DNA from: Thecamonas trahens ATCC 50062 | Taxonomy: Eukaryota > Protista > Apusomonadida | Direction of reading: 5' to 3' | Length of the DNA stretch: 64,000 nucleotides | Assembly (NCBI RefSeq): GCF_000142905.1 | Contig: NW_013657623.1 | Location: 183,337-247,336 of the forward strand | Notes under the pieces: model-generated | Databases searched by the model: none | The model's input: only the letters and a program-made list of their open reading frames with translations | What the model was told of the DNA's origin: nothing | Part shown: positions 33,901 to 44,800 of the stretch, piece after piece | How positions within the stretch are numbered: position 1 is the stretch's first letter | How the letters are laid out: each line of letters opens with the position of its first letter | Made by a program: the position numbers and the translations under genes

Positions 33901-34142
33901 CTTCCCGATCGCCATTTCTCCGGAGAACCATTCGCTGCATGCGGAGAGAGAAAGCCAACCGAAGAGCGACCAGCGCCATGGCTGTGACCAGCAGGAGCAG
34001 GGGCGATGGACATGAGCCGGGTTGGTGCCTTCTGTCGCCTGTGCGTAGACTCGCCTGTGGGGCTTGCCTCGCCTGTTGGACGTGATGCTGACGACCGTGG
34101 TCGGAGCAGTGCCCGTCTTGTCCGTGGAGATGCGCTTGACAT
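24999..34142 (-). CDS. Divergent DOCK-family GEF-like protein with N-terminal tandem WW domains (~3050 aa); three apparent -1 frameshifts near 31343, 30376 and 27921
   Basis: Four overlapping ORFs (30750-34532, 30340-31188, 27698-30253, 24999-27911) join by single-base additions. WW motifs PLPAGWQ..FYTD..TTHP and SGWARY..YFYY..TGETSW. DHR-1/C2-like IEFDIP..AHLLFRF..FAYAFLNL. DHR-2 lobe-like LFGVVLAGPGWPSTLRDSRHVVRG..ESVEAFGMRM. Confidence 0.6.
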
Positions 34143-34221
34143 AGGTACTGTGGCGGTGTGTGGTGCGGTGGGAGGGGTGTATGTGTATGTGTATGTGTGT
34201 GTGTGTGTGTGTGGGGGGGGG

Positions 34222-34321
34222 NNNNNNNNNNNNNNNNNNNNNNNNNNNNNNNNNNNNNNNNNNNNNNNNNNNNNNNNNNNNNNNNNNNNNNNNNNNNNNN
34301 NNNNNNNNNNNNNNNNNNNNN
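34222..34321. other. Assembly gap (100 N) flanked by poly-G and (GT)n
   Basis: Run of n. Confidence 1.
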
Positions 34322-34737
34322 GGGGGGGGGGGGGGGGGTGGCAGACCTGTGTCTGTTTGGCGCCGAATGGACAGAGTGAGTTGGTTGGGGTACCTGCCGG
34401 GTGGCTGGCCAGCATAATGTGGGGCATGCATGCCACAGTGCATGGCTTGGTGTTTGCACAGGTGAGAGGGATTGGGGGGGAGGGGAGGGAGGCGGGGGGG
34501 GGGGGGGGGGTATGCGGGCGATGGGGGTACAAAGGAGGGTGCGATGGATTGTGGTGGCGGGATATTGTACAATGATGGCGGTAGGTTGTTAGCTCTGGGT
34601 GGGAGCGAGGGAGTGGGGGGGGAGAGGGAAGGGGGGGGCGGGGGGATTCTGGCTTCTGGCACCACTACCACCTCACTCCCGCACACACACATAGGTAGTT
34701 GAGGGTGTAGAGGAGGTGGGAGAGTGCCTTATACGGT

Positions 34738-37700
34738 ATGTCTCGTAGTCATGGGGCTCGTTCGCGTGACTCTCCCACAGCTCCCGTACGGACTGCCTCG
34801 GAGGGTTCTGCCGAGTGGGCCACTCGGGCCTCCGCTGGCAATGGGCACACAAGAGAAGGGAGCCAGGAGATGGTCGGAGCAGATGGTGGGGTTGAGCGAC
34901 AGCATACGGAACAGCGTTCTGGGCAGGGAGCAACAATGAGTCCAGGCTCGTCAGAGGCCGGCTCGGCGGTCAACAACATGAACACATCGGCTCCGGTCCA
35001 TCCGTTACTCTCCATCGATGTTGGGCAGGCCAGACAGGCGGCAGTGGCGAGGGCCAGAGAGCAGAGTGTCCGCTCGCGCGCAGCGTCGGGTGAAGAGTCC
35101 GCCAGATCGCCGTCGACGGGATCGGTCATCATCCGCAGAAGGTCGTCGCTGAGAGACTCGACCGATGGGAGGATCTCTGACAAGTCCATCGACTCGGTTG
35201 AACCGGTCTCACACGGCTCGGTCGTCATCCGAAAGCTCTCCCTGCGTGAGAAGGACAAAGCAAAGTCAAGCATGGACCCTAAGCTGCTGTCGAGAAAGGG
35301 CAACCGTAAGCTGTCAGATCCGCCGCGGTCGTCGTCCTCGCTCTCCGACTCAAACTCGCACCTTGGGATCTCGCTCTCGCGCTCGCTCTCAGAGGCGCGT
35401 CTCCTGCTCAAGACTGCCCACGAGGACAGTCTCGCCGATCTGCTGAAAAAGGGCAAAGGCAAGGGCAAAGGCAAGGGCAAAGGCAAGGGCAAAGGCAAGG
35501 GCAAAGGCAAGGGCAAAGGCAAGGGCAAGGGCAAGGGCAAGGGCAAGGGCAAGGGCAAGGGCAAGGGCAAGGGCAAGAAGAAAGGCAAAAGAAAGGGCAA
35601 GAAGGGCAAGGGCAAGGGCAAGAAGGAAAGGGCAAGATGCCCCTGTCAGGTGTCGTCGGTGATGGCAACGGTGAGACAACGCCCGGATCGCCAGGCGTGA
35701 TCGCCGGCAGCTTGCACTCACCGGTAGGCAACGAGACGCCCAAGTTTGACGCCATGACTGGTGCGCAGCTTGTGCACTCTTCAGGGGTATCGTCGGATGA
35801 GGCCTCGTTCGAGTCGTACTCGTCGTCGTCGTCGTCATCATCGTACTCGTCGTCAAGATCCTCAGCCTCTTCCTCGTCCTCAACCTCAGCCACATCCTCG
35901 TCTTTGGCTATCTCCTACAACCCGTTCTCGTCGCCGGTCGATGTGGCCGGCGCAAGCGACACGCACGGGACATTTAATCGGATTTCGCCACAGTCGCCGG
36001 TGGTGCCGATGACGCCGTCGCGCATGACGTTTATGGACGGCGAGGCGCATGTGGCGTCGGACAGCCAGCCACTGCCGCACCGAGACATGTCTGTGCATGA
36101 GGCGCTGGTGCAAGTTGAGAAGCTCTGGACCGCGCTGCACGTCCCGCAGCCGGAGCGCGAGTACTACCGGGCGGCGTGGGCGGCCAAGGGCAAGATTGGT
36201 AGGCAGTCCGGAGCCGCTGCCATTGGCGCGCGGCTAATGGTGTCGCTGCTCGAGGCCCACCGGGCGCGGACGCTCGAGACAGCCAAGGCAATTGCGCGGG
36301 TGGACAAAGCGCTCAAGGGACTCTCCGGTGGCGACGAATCGACCCGGCGGCTGGAGCAGATCGCCAAGCGGGTCAAGGCCGCCATGACGGCGGTCCGCGC
36401 CTGGCAGCAGGGACTCGGCCACGCGCCGCATCCGTTCATGTGGCGCGGGACATCATGGATTGTTGCCATCTCGCACACTCTCCTCCAGCTCCTCGCGCGC
36501 CACGACGGCGATGTTCGGCTCGAGCCGCTGGTCGAGCTCCAGAACGACCTGCTTGTCCGCATCGGCGGCGAGTCGGTCATGCAGATGTACGTCGACTCGG
36601 TCCACGTCTCGGGGCATATGATGTTTACCTTTCACTCGCGGCTTACCTACAGTGTGGCGGAAGATGCTGCTGCCGGCAACCTGTTCGAACCGCTCTCTGT
36701 GGTGGAAATCGGGCCCATGAACGCCGGCTCGCCTGTACCCAACGGCCGCTCGCCACCGAGCCCAACCTCGCCCCACCACCAGGCGCCGCCCGCCACTGCA
36801 GCGCCCGGCACTCGCTCACACTCGCCGCTTGCCCCCACGCGGGGCCGCTCGCCGCGGGGGCGCGGCACTCGCAAGCGTAGTCGTGGCCGTGGGCGCGGAC
36901 GTGGCCGTGGCAGCCCTGCCAAGAGCTCACCAAGTCGTCGGCGTGGATCAGCGAAGCGGGGGTCGGGCAAGCGCGGGTCGGGACAGCGCAGCGTTGGTGC
37001 TCATGGCTCACCGGGCGCCAAGACCGGGCGGGGGCGCGGGCGTAGACGTGGTCAAGACAAAGTCGGGCCCGTTGCCACAGCCAACACGAATGCCGGCGAC
37101 GGCGGCGCGGCGAACAAGGAACTGATTCCTGTTCAGCTCACGGCCGGCGGACCGGTGACGTACATGACCCGCGAGGAGCAAGCGAAGTTTGATGCTGGCG
37201 TGGCAAGTTCAAGTAGTGTAGAGCGAAGCGGAGCCGCTCCGCGACCGGTCCACGCGGCGCTGGAGCGCCCGCCGGTCCCCGGGCCGATGAACCTGCCGCC
37301 GGTGGCAGCAGGCGAGGGCGGAGAGCTAGAGTCTGGCTCGGTCGAGTCCGAGGCCGACGATGAGGTGCCAGGCGGTGGCTCGGGCCCGCGATGGCGGTTA
37401 GGCAAGACCAACCGGAAAGTGGCACCCATTGTCGAGTCGTCGCTGCCAAAAATCTCGTCATCGTCGTCGGTGGCGTCGGAGATGTCCGGCGCCGGCTCGG
37501 GCGACGCCGACGACGCCGGCTCGGCCTCGGGTAACGCCATCGAGCTGCGGATTTTCTCACCACAAGGCTCGATGCGGAAGCACAAATTCAAGACTGCATC
37601 AGGGCAGGTGCGACCAGCGCCAGCGCCAGCGCCAGCGCCGGCGTCAGCGCCCAAGGCTGTTCCCAAGACTGTGCCCAAGGCTGTGCCGGCGTCGGCGTCG

Positions 37701-38048
37701 GCGCACCCCGGCTCCGACTCGGGATCTGACACTGAAGACGGCGACGGGGCTGACTACAGCCAGTCGCACACCAGCCTTGCGCGGTCCGACTCTGTCCTCC
37801 TCCCGCAGAACGTGACCTATTGTCTCGTCCGGCGCGACGTCCGCGAGTCGGCCTCAATCTTTGTCCACACCGCGGTCCAGCCGCCGGTCTCGACGTCGCT
37901 TGTCAGCGGCCATCAGCTCCCGATCCGATTCGAGATCGAACGGCAGGCCGTGCTCGTGCCGGAGCACTCGCTCACTCTCCCGGGTGTCTCTCCCTCTGCC
38001 GTTGGCTCACCATCGGGTGACCACGACGACAGTTTTTCCATGGGATGA
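34738..38048 (+). CDS. Uncharacterised low-complexity protein with a (GK)n tract and a central helical domain; one apparent frameshift near 35625
   Basis: ORFs 34738-35700 and 35637-38048 join by one added G (..KKGKGKMPL..). Central segment LWTALHVP..ER..VRAWQ..HPFMWRG. Confidence 0.55.
35449..35636 (+). repeat. Coding hexanucleotide repeat (GGCAAR)n encoding poly-Gly-Lys
   Basis: More than 20 copies of ggcaag/ggcaaa. Confidence 0.92.
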
Positions 38049-38130
38049 GGCGGGAGCAGCGCCGGTGGGCAGAGAGGTCGGTGACAGCGAGACGGTGGGA
38101 AGCTGGCACTCTTGTCGCCAACTCGACGAA

Positions 38131-40061
38131 ATGAAGGTCTCTATCAAGACCATTCGCGGCGAAGTGTACAGCGTGGACGCGGAGGAGAGCGAGACCATTG
38201 CCGAGCTCAAGACCCGTATCTCCACCGTCACCAGCATCCCGCAGGACCAGCAGCGGGTCATCTTTGCCGGTCACGTCATGAAGGACGACCGGACGGTCGA
38301 GTCGTATGGTACGTCAAAGGTCGCCACCCACCGGCCACAGGTCGCCGCCGCCTTCGGCTGCCCGCACGTGGCCGCCGCTGTTTTGTTTCGGGCAGGCGGC
38401 AGACGGCAGGCATACGAGCGTGATCATGGCGCGAGTCATGTTGGTCTCGTTGTGTGTCCCGCCTTCCTCCCTCCCTCCCCCCTCCCCTCATCCTACCAAG
38501 CCACGCTCGCTTCCTTGCCTTCCTATGCCATGCCCAGCACACTCGGCAACGATCGATCGCTACCGCCACCGCCACCGAACACAGTGGAACACCACCACTC
38601 CCAGCCCCCCCCCCCCTAATCATTGGCACCAGAACCATAGTCCATCGTGATCACCAGCTGGTACCCACCACTCGGCCCCGTTCCCTTTCTCTCGGTGGCC
38701 TCGCGAGCTATGAATCGCTTGCGACTGTGATCATTTTGCCAGGCTTCAGAAAGAGGTCGCACTTTTGGCCAAAGACTCACCGGCGCCGGTCGAGGACCAA
38801 CCGGGCGGGCGGCATGACAGGCATCAAGGATGGCAACACGATCCATCTCGTTAAGGGTGCGGCCAAGACAGCTGCGGGTGCTGCGCCTGCTGCACCGGCG
38901 GCTGCAGCAACTGCGCCCGCGACGACAGGCACCGCGCCGATGGACACGGCGGGCGGAGCGCCGCCGCCGTCGGCGGGAGTTGGCGGAGGTGGGTTTAACC
39001 CGTGGGGCGCGGCTGGTGGTGGCGCAGCTGGCGGCGGCGGAGCCAACCCGTTTGCGGCGATGATGGGCGGAGGTGCGGCTGGCGGCGTGCCCAACGTGGC
39101 GGCGCTGCTGCAGGACCCGGCGCAAATGGAGCGGATGATGCAGTCGCCGATGATGCAGGCGCTGTTGGATAACCCGGAGATGCTGCAGAGCATGATGTCA
39201 GCCAACCCGATGATGCAGTCGCTCATCGACGGCAACCCGGAGCTTGCGGCGGCGCTCAACGATCCGGCAACGATTCGGCAGAGCCTGGAGATGATGCGGA
39301 ACCCGGAGGCGCTGGCAGAGATGATGCGCAACAACGATGTGGCCATGGCGAACATACAGGCACAGCCCGGTGGCTTTGACGCCCTCCGCTCAGCATACGA
39401 GAACATCGGCGCGCCGATGCAGGAGGCGATGACCGGGATGGCGCAGGGCGCGACCGGCGGAACTGGAACCGGGACAGGAGGCACTGACGCAGCGGGAGGT
39501 GGCGAGCAGGCTGGCTCGGGCTCGGGCCCGAATACCACGCCGCTCCCGAACCCGTGGGCGGCGCCAGCAGCCGGGACCGGGGCCGGGACCGGCGGTGTGC
39601 CGCCAAGCTCGGCCTTTGGCGGCATGGGCGGTGCGGGCGGCATGCCGGACCTGGCAAGCATGATGCAGAGCCCGATGATGGCGCAGACTATGGCGGCGAT
39701 GGCGCAGAACCCGGAGCTGATGGCGGCGATGATGCAGAATCACCCCATGCTAGCCAACAACCCGATGGCAGCGCAGATGCTGCAGAATCCTGAGATGCTG
39801 TCTTCAATGATGGCGGCGATGGCGGGCACCGGCGGGAGCGGCATGCCGGGCTTTGGCGGCGCAGGCGCGGGAGCTGGTGCCGGTGCCGGTGCCGGCGGCG
39901 GCTCGCTTCAAGCGCAGGAGGAGGCTGCCGCGCTGCGGTACGCCGACCAGCTTGCTGCGCTCGCCGAGATGGGCTTTACCGACTACGACGCCAATCTCCG
40001 CGCCCTAGTCATGACCGGCGGCAACGTCGACGCGGCTGTCCAGCGGCTGCTCGGCGCGTAA
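38131..40061 (+). CDS. UBQLN: Ubiquilin/Dsk2 (UBL-STI1-UBA); intron 38309-38820
   Basis: UBL MKVSIKT..QQRVIFAGHVMKDDRTVESY|GIKDGNTIHLV after splicing GTACGT..CAG. STI1 NP/M-rich repeats, PLPNPW, and UBA RYADQL..EMGF..NLRAL..GGNVDAAV. Confidence 0.95.
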
Positions 40062-40166
40062 GTTGTAAAGGCATGGAATGAGAGAGGGGAGGGGGGGGGG
40101 GGAGGGAGGGGAGGGTGGCTGGCGGTCGGCACACTCGACTCCGCTATCGCCACTGTTGGTAGGAGC

Positions 40167-41240
40167 ATGAACGGAGGAGGCAGCAGTGCAGGTATTGGCA
40201 ACAGTGGCAGCAGCAGCAGCAGCACGGGGTTGGGCACGAACCCTAGCTCTGTGAGTCATGGACATGGAGGCCGAGTGAGTGCCTCTGAGTTTTGCTTTGA
40301 TATGCTCAAGCGAGCAGTTGCCCAGCTGGTGGCCAACTACGAAGCCTTCCAGGGCATGGACGCCACCGCAGTCAATGTCTTTACCTCTGCCCTTGCACGC
40401 TGTACGTTCCCCCCCCTCCACCTCCCCCACCCCGCCACCGCAGTCATGTTTGTGGCGTCCAAGAAGAGCCACGAGGCGGCAGAGCATGCAGGACGGACGG
40501 ATGCCAATGCCGATGATGTGGTGCAGGCTGTGCTGGGCATGCTGGGAAGCTCGGTGAGGGAGCTGAGGGTGTACGCGGCGGTGGCAGAGGCCAAGCCGCT
40601 GCCGCATGTTCTACTGCCCATCCCGGCTCCGCGCTCGGACGAGACTGCCTCGTCGTCAGAGGCTATTGCTGCCCGGGCCATGGGCTACTCGCGATCAGGG
40701 AGTGCATCGGGCATGCCTGGCGGCAAGCACGCCGGTAAGGCGTACATTGCCGCTCATCTCCCGCCGCTGCCTGAGCCGAGAACGTACATCCAGACGCCAG
40801 CATTCCCCGAGCGCGTCACGGACGAGCGCATGCTGCGGACGATGCGCTCGGAGCACGTGGCCCATGCACAGGCGGCGCTCACCGGCCTCCACGCCCGCTT
40901 TCCGGCCGCGTCGTCGGCAGCCGTGGTCTCGCGCCGGACGCCTCGTTCGGTCAAAGACGTCCCAGCCGCCGCCGCGCCTGCAGGCAAGGCCAAGGGCCGG
41001 GCCGCCACGGCTGCCGCCAAGAAAGAAGCCGCCGTCGTCGCCGCCGCCGCCAATCCGTGGTTCGTTGTCGCCGCCGCGCCACCGCCGCCGTCGCAGGCCT
41101 TTGCCGATGCGCTGACCTCGCACAAACGCCAGCACGAGCCGGCGCCGGCGCCCGCCGCGCCACCGTCAAACCTCGCGCCGCCCGTCGACCAGCCGCCGGC
41201 CAAGCGGCAAAAGCTTCTGCCCGAGACGACCGTCTCCTAA
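40167..41240 (+). CDS. TAF8: TFIID subunit TAF8-like (BTP histone fold plus TAF8_C); probable 42-nt intron 40402-40443
   Basis: RAVAQL..AEHAGRTD....DV histone fold and YIAAHLPPLPEPRTYIQTP. Removing GTACGT..CAG restores the normal helix length. C-terminal NLS PPAKRQK. Confidence 0.8.
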   Translation: MNGGGSSAGIGNSGSSSSSTGLGTNPSSVSHGHGGRVSASEFCFDMLKRAVAQLVANYEAFQGMDATAVNVFTSALARCTFPPLHLPHPATAVMFVASKKSHEAAEHAGRTDANADDVVQAVLGMLGSSVRELRVYAAVAEAKPLPHVLLPIPAPRSDETASSSEAIAARAMGYSRSGSASGMPGGKHAGKAYIAAHLPPLPEPRTYIQTPAFPERVTDERMLRTMRSEHVAHAQAALTGLHARFPAASSAAVVSRRTPRSVKDVPAAAAPAGKAKGRAATAAAKKEAAVVAAAANPWFVVAAAPPPPSQAFADALTSHKRQHEPAPAPAAPPSNLAPPVDQPPAKRQKLLPETTVS

Positions 41241-41812
41241 GTAATGTCAGGATCCCGCGTGAGACGCGAATGAACACTAGCGCTAGTCAAACTGCGGTTG
41301 TTGCAAGCAGTGCAGATCCCCGGACAATGCGCGCGCGGCAGGTTTTCGTGAAGTTTGGCAACAAACGCTTGCTATGTCCCGGCATGAACGATTGTCCGGT
41401 CAGCGAGCTGGCCCCTACCACACACCACCAGCATTGAGCCCATCTCACTCTCAAGCACACGCTTCGTCCTGAGAGTGGTGCGAAGACCAAAGTCCCTCCT
41501 CCACACAACAAGCCAGTCACATACCATCTGCCGTTCCCGTGGTCCTTGGCAGTGTCTGTGGCTACCGCGGTGACAGTTGCCGTGTCAGTAGCGGCACCAT
41601 TTTCTCCCGCTCTTTCGCTCCAAATTCGCCTCGACAGCTCTGCGGTCAGAGTGTGGCACTCGACTCTGCTTGCTTGTGCGTGTTTCCCTCGCCGGGTGAA
41701 CTGAACTGTGTGGCCGAGTGACCGAGTGCGGTAGCAAGTGGCCACCGGAGCGAGGCTACGGCAAGGCTTGGGGAGGACGGTTGAGCGAAGGGAGAAATAA
41801 GCTGAAAGTACC

Positions 41813-44800
41813 ATGGGCTGGATATGTGTGTGGTCGCGGACTCTGCCGAGTCTGGTCGTTGTGGTGGTACTTGTCCTCGCTCTGGCGGTGGTGGACTCTC
41901 GCTCGAATGGGCCGGTGACCGAAGCGGCCGAATGGCCGGCAAGCGACGCTGTCCAGCCACGCGTCCGCATTGCTGCCTACTATCAGGGCTCTTCGCCGCA
42001 CATCTCGCTACTTCAACAATGGATTGCGGCGTACAATGCATATGCTGCAGGCAACACGAGTGCTGAGCTCGTCCTGTACCCCCTTCCTGACAGTTTCGAG
42101 GAGTCCCTTCCCTGGGTCCTTGGTGGCATGGACGTCATTCTCACGTACCCAAGTCATGGCGAGACACTGCTGACCGGAGCGTATATGGTCCCGCTTGATG
42201 AGGTATGGCAGCGTAACGATCTGGAAGATGCTGTACTCGCTGTGCTCAAACGGACTCTGGCGGCGGGTGGTGACCACAGGTACGGCGTGCCGGCGCTTGC
42301 CCTTGCAGGCGTTTGCACCTACCGCAAGTCGATGTTTGCTGCGCTCGGCGTGACTGTGCCTAGCCATTGGACAGCCTTGCTCGCGTTGTGTGCCAAGGCC
42401 AAAGCTGCCGGGCGGATGTGCCTCGCGGTTGACGTGGGGATTGAGGGTGCGTCGGCGCTCTTTGACTTACTCTTCATCCGCATGTACGGTCACAAAGCTT
42501 ACAGCGCATTCCTCCTCGGCGACGTCTCGTTTGTGGACGGGCCGGTCCGGTCAGTGATGGAAGAAATCATCTGGCTCCATGAGGCTGGCTACTACGTGGC
42601 GTCGGACACACCGGCTGGGCGCAAGCTGCCGCACTCGCGTGGCGTCCTCAGCAATTCGTCTGTCATCTCGTGCGGCGTCGACATGTTTGCCAGCATGATG
42701 AGTCGGGACGAGTCTGCCGACGACCTCGCTTCGTTTGCCTTTCCTGTTTACGACGGCCCCATTGGGTCGGGGCGCGGCGCGGCGGACATGCACAGCGCAC
42801 CGTCGACCTCGGTCTACTTGGCTGCTCCGCGAAGCGCTACCAATGTGGCCGGCGCGGTTGACTTTCTGGCGTTTGTCTCGTCGGCTGCCGGACGCAGCAT
42901 TCTCTCGGCGTGGCTGAGCCAGACGCATGCCTCGTGGGGTGTGCCGGTCTTCAAGTCGGTTGCTGATGAACTCGCGTCGCAGCGGACAGCGCTGGGCCGG
43001 CAGCTACTCGACTCTGACACTGCTCCGCCGCTTCCGTTTTCACGGCGGGGTCTCTCACCGCACCAGCTGTCTGTATCCTGGATTAAGCTGCTGGGCAACG
43101 TTCAGTTGGCGGCCACGGTGGCCGATGCACGGGAAGAGCTCGACGCTGGACTGGAGACGATGGAGGCGATTCGGCTCGCTGAACGGTTCCACAAGGCGTC
43201 ACCGCCGCGAATGCTTCCAGTATCAGGGACGTACCTGGGCGATGTCGAGGTGACGATGACAAGTGTGACGCCGAACGCGACCATGTACTACACGCTCGAC
43301 GGGAGTATGCCGACGCCGAGGTCGGCCAAGTACCGCGGGCCGTTTCGGGTGCGCGGCGAGGTGACGACGGTCCGGGCCATTGCGGTTGCGTTTGCACTCT
43401 ACGAGTCGACGGTGGCCCAGGCCGAGTACAAGACAGCATCGAGCGCCCAGAGCTACTTGGGCGCGGATGACGATTCGCTCAAGGTTGCACTCGGCGTGTC
43501 GACAGCGGTGGTGGCGTGCGCAGTGGTGGCGATTGCGGTTGGTGTGCTGGCGGTGCGGCGGCGGTTCCGGCGGACAGACGTTGCGCCGCTGGGCGACAAG
43601 GCAATTCCGTTTGACGAGTTGGATGTCAAGGGCGTTGTTGGGCTTGGTGTGTTTGGCATGGAGTACATGGGCGCGTGGCAAGGCAAGGCTGTCGTGGTCA
43701 AGCACTTGAGTAACTTTCCGACCCACGGAAGCTTCCGACGCGAGTTCAATGTTAACTGGGCGGCGCTGGCAGACGAGATGGAGCACGTCATGCATCTCTC
43801 GCACCCGAACGTGTCGGCGGTGCTCGGCTTGGCGCGCTCGCCGCCGGTCCTTGTCAACGAGTTTGTGCCGCGCGGCTCGCTGTACAATGTGCTTCACACG
43901 CGGCACATTGCGCTCGACTCGAGTGTCATTTTTATGTGGGCACACAAGCTGTGCGAGGGCATGGCGTACTTGGTGGAGCACGGCGTGACGCATGGCAGCC
44001 TCTCGTCGCTCAGCATCCGACTCGACAACGGGTGGCAGCCGAAGCTCTGTGACTTTGGCTTTCCGCTCCTCCGGACCGGCTCGACCTCGGCGCGGAATGC
44101 GCTTGATCGGACGCACCTTGTCGAGTCTGGGCGCCTGGTGGCGTCGTCGTCTGGCTTCGGCTTGTCGAGCACGTACATGTCGACCGGCCATGGACCGAGG
44201 TTGATGGCAGCGGTGCTGGAGGGCTCGCTCTCGGCTGGCTCGACGAGCCAAATGTTCGGCTCTGTAACCGAGGGAGAGATGAATGTGGCCAAAGAGCTGC
44301 CGTCTGCTGAGTCGATGTACTGGCTAGCGCCCGAGGTGCTCCAGCTCGGGGCGAATGGGTTGTCGCGTGCGGCGGATGCGTATGCGCTTGGCATTGTACT
44401 GTGGGAGCTGACGACACGGCGCGACGTGTACTGGGCGGAGAATCCGCTTGCGGCGGCGCTTGATGTGGTGCGCAACGAGAGGCGGCCCAACGTGGGCGAG
44501 GTGCCGGTTGTTTTTGATGACATCCGCAGCGTCATGGTCGAGTTGTGGCGGCCCGAGCCCGAAGCGCGGATGGAGTTTGTGGTTGCGGCGCATGCGCTAG
44601 GTGCGCTTTACAGCGAGAGCCATGTCATTCTCCCCCGATGCATGGCGGCGGTGGTAGGCCGAACAACAGTGGTCCACTGCGAGCTTCTGGGTGCGCTCCG
44701 GGGCTTGCTCTGCGGAAGTAAGGCCGAGACCGCGCGCCTGACGGCGTTCCACCACGGCCTCCCGGAGCTGGCCAAGCGGACGGGCGGCACAGTGTTTGAG

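Noticed and set aside
35408-35893. Metallothionein-like (CP)n ORF on the minus strand
   Set aside because: It is the antisense reading of the (GGCAAR)n coding repeat.
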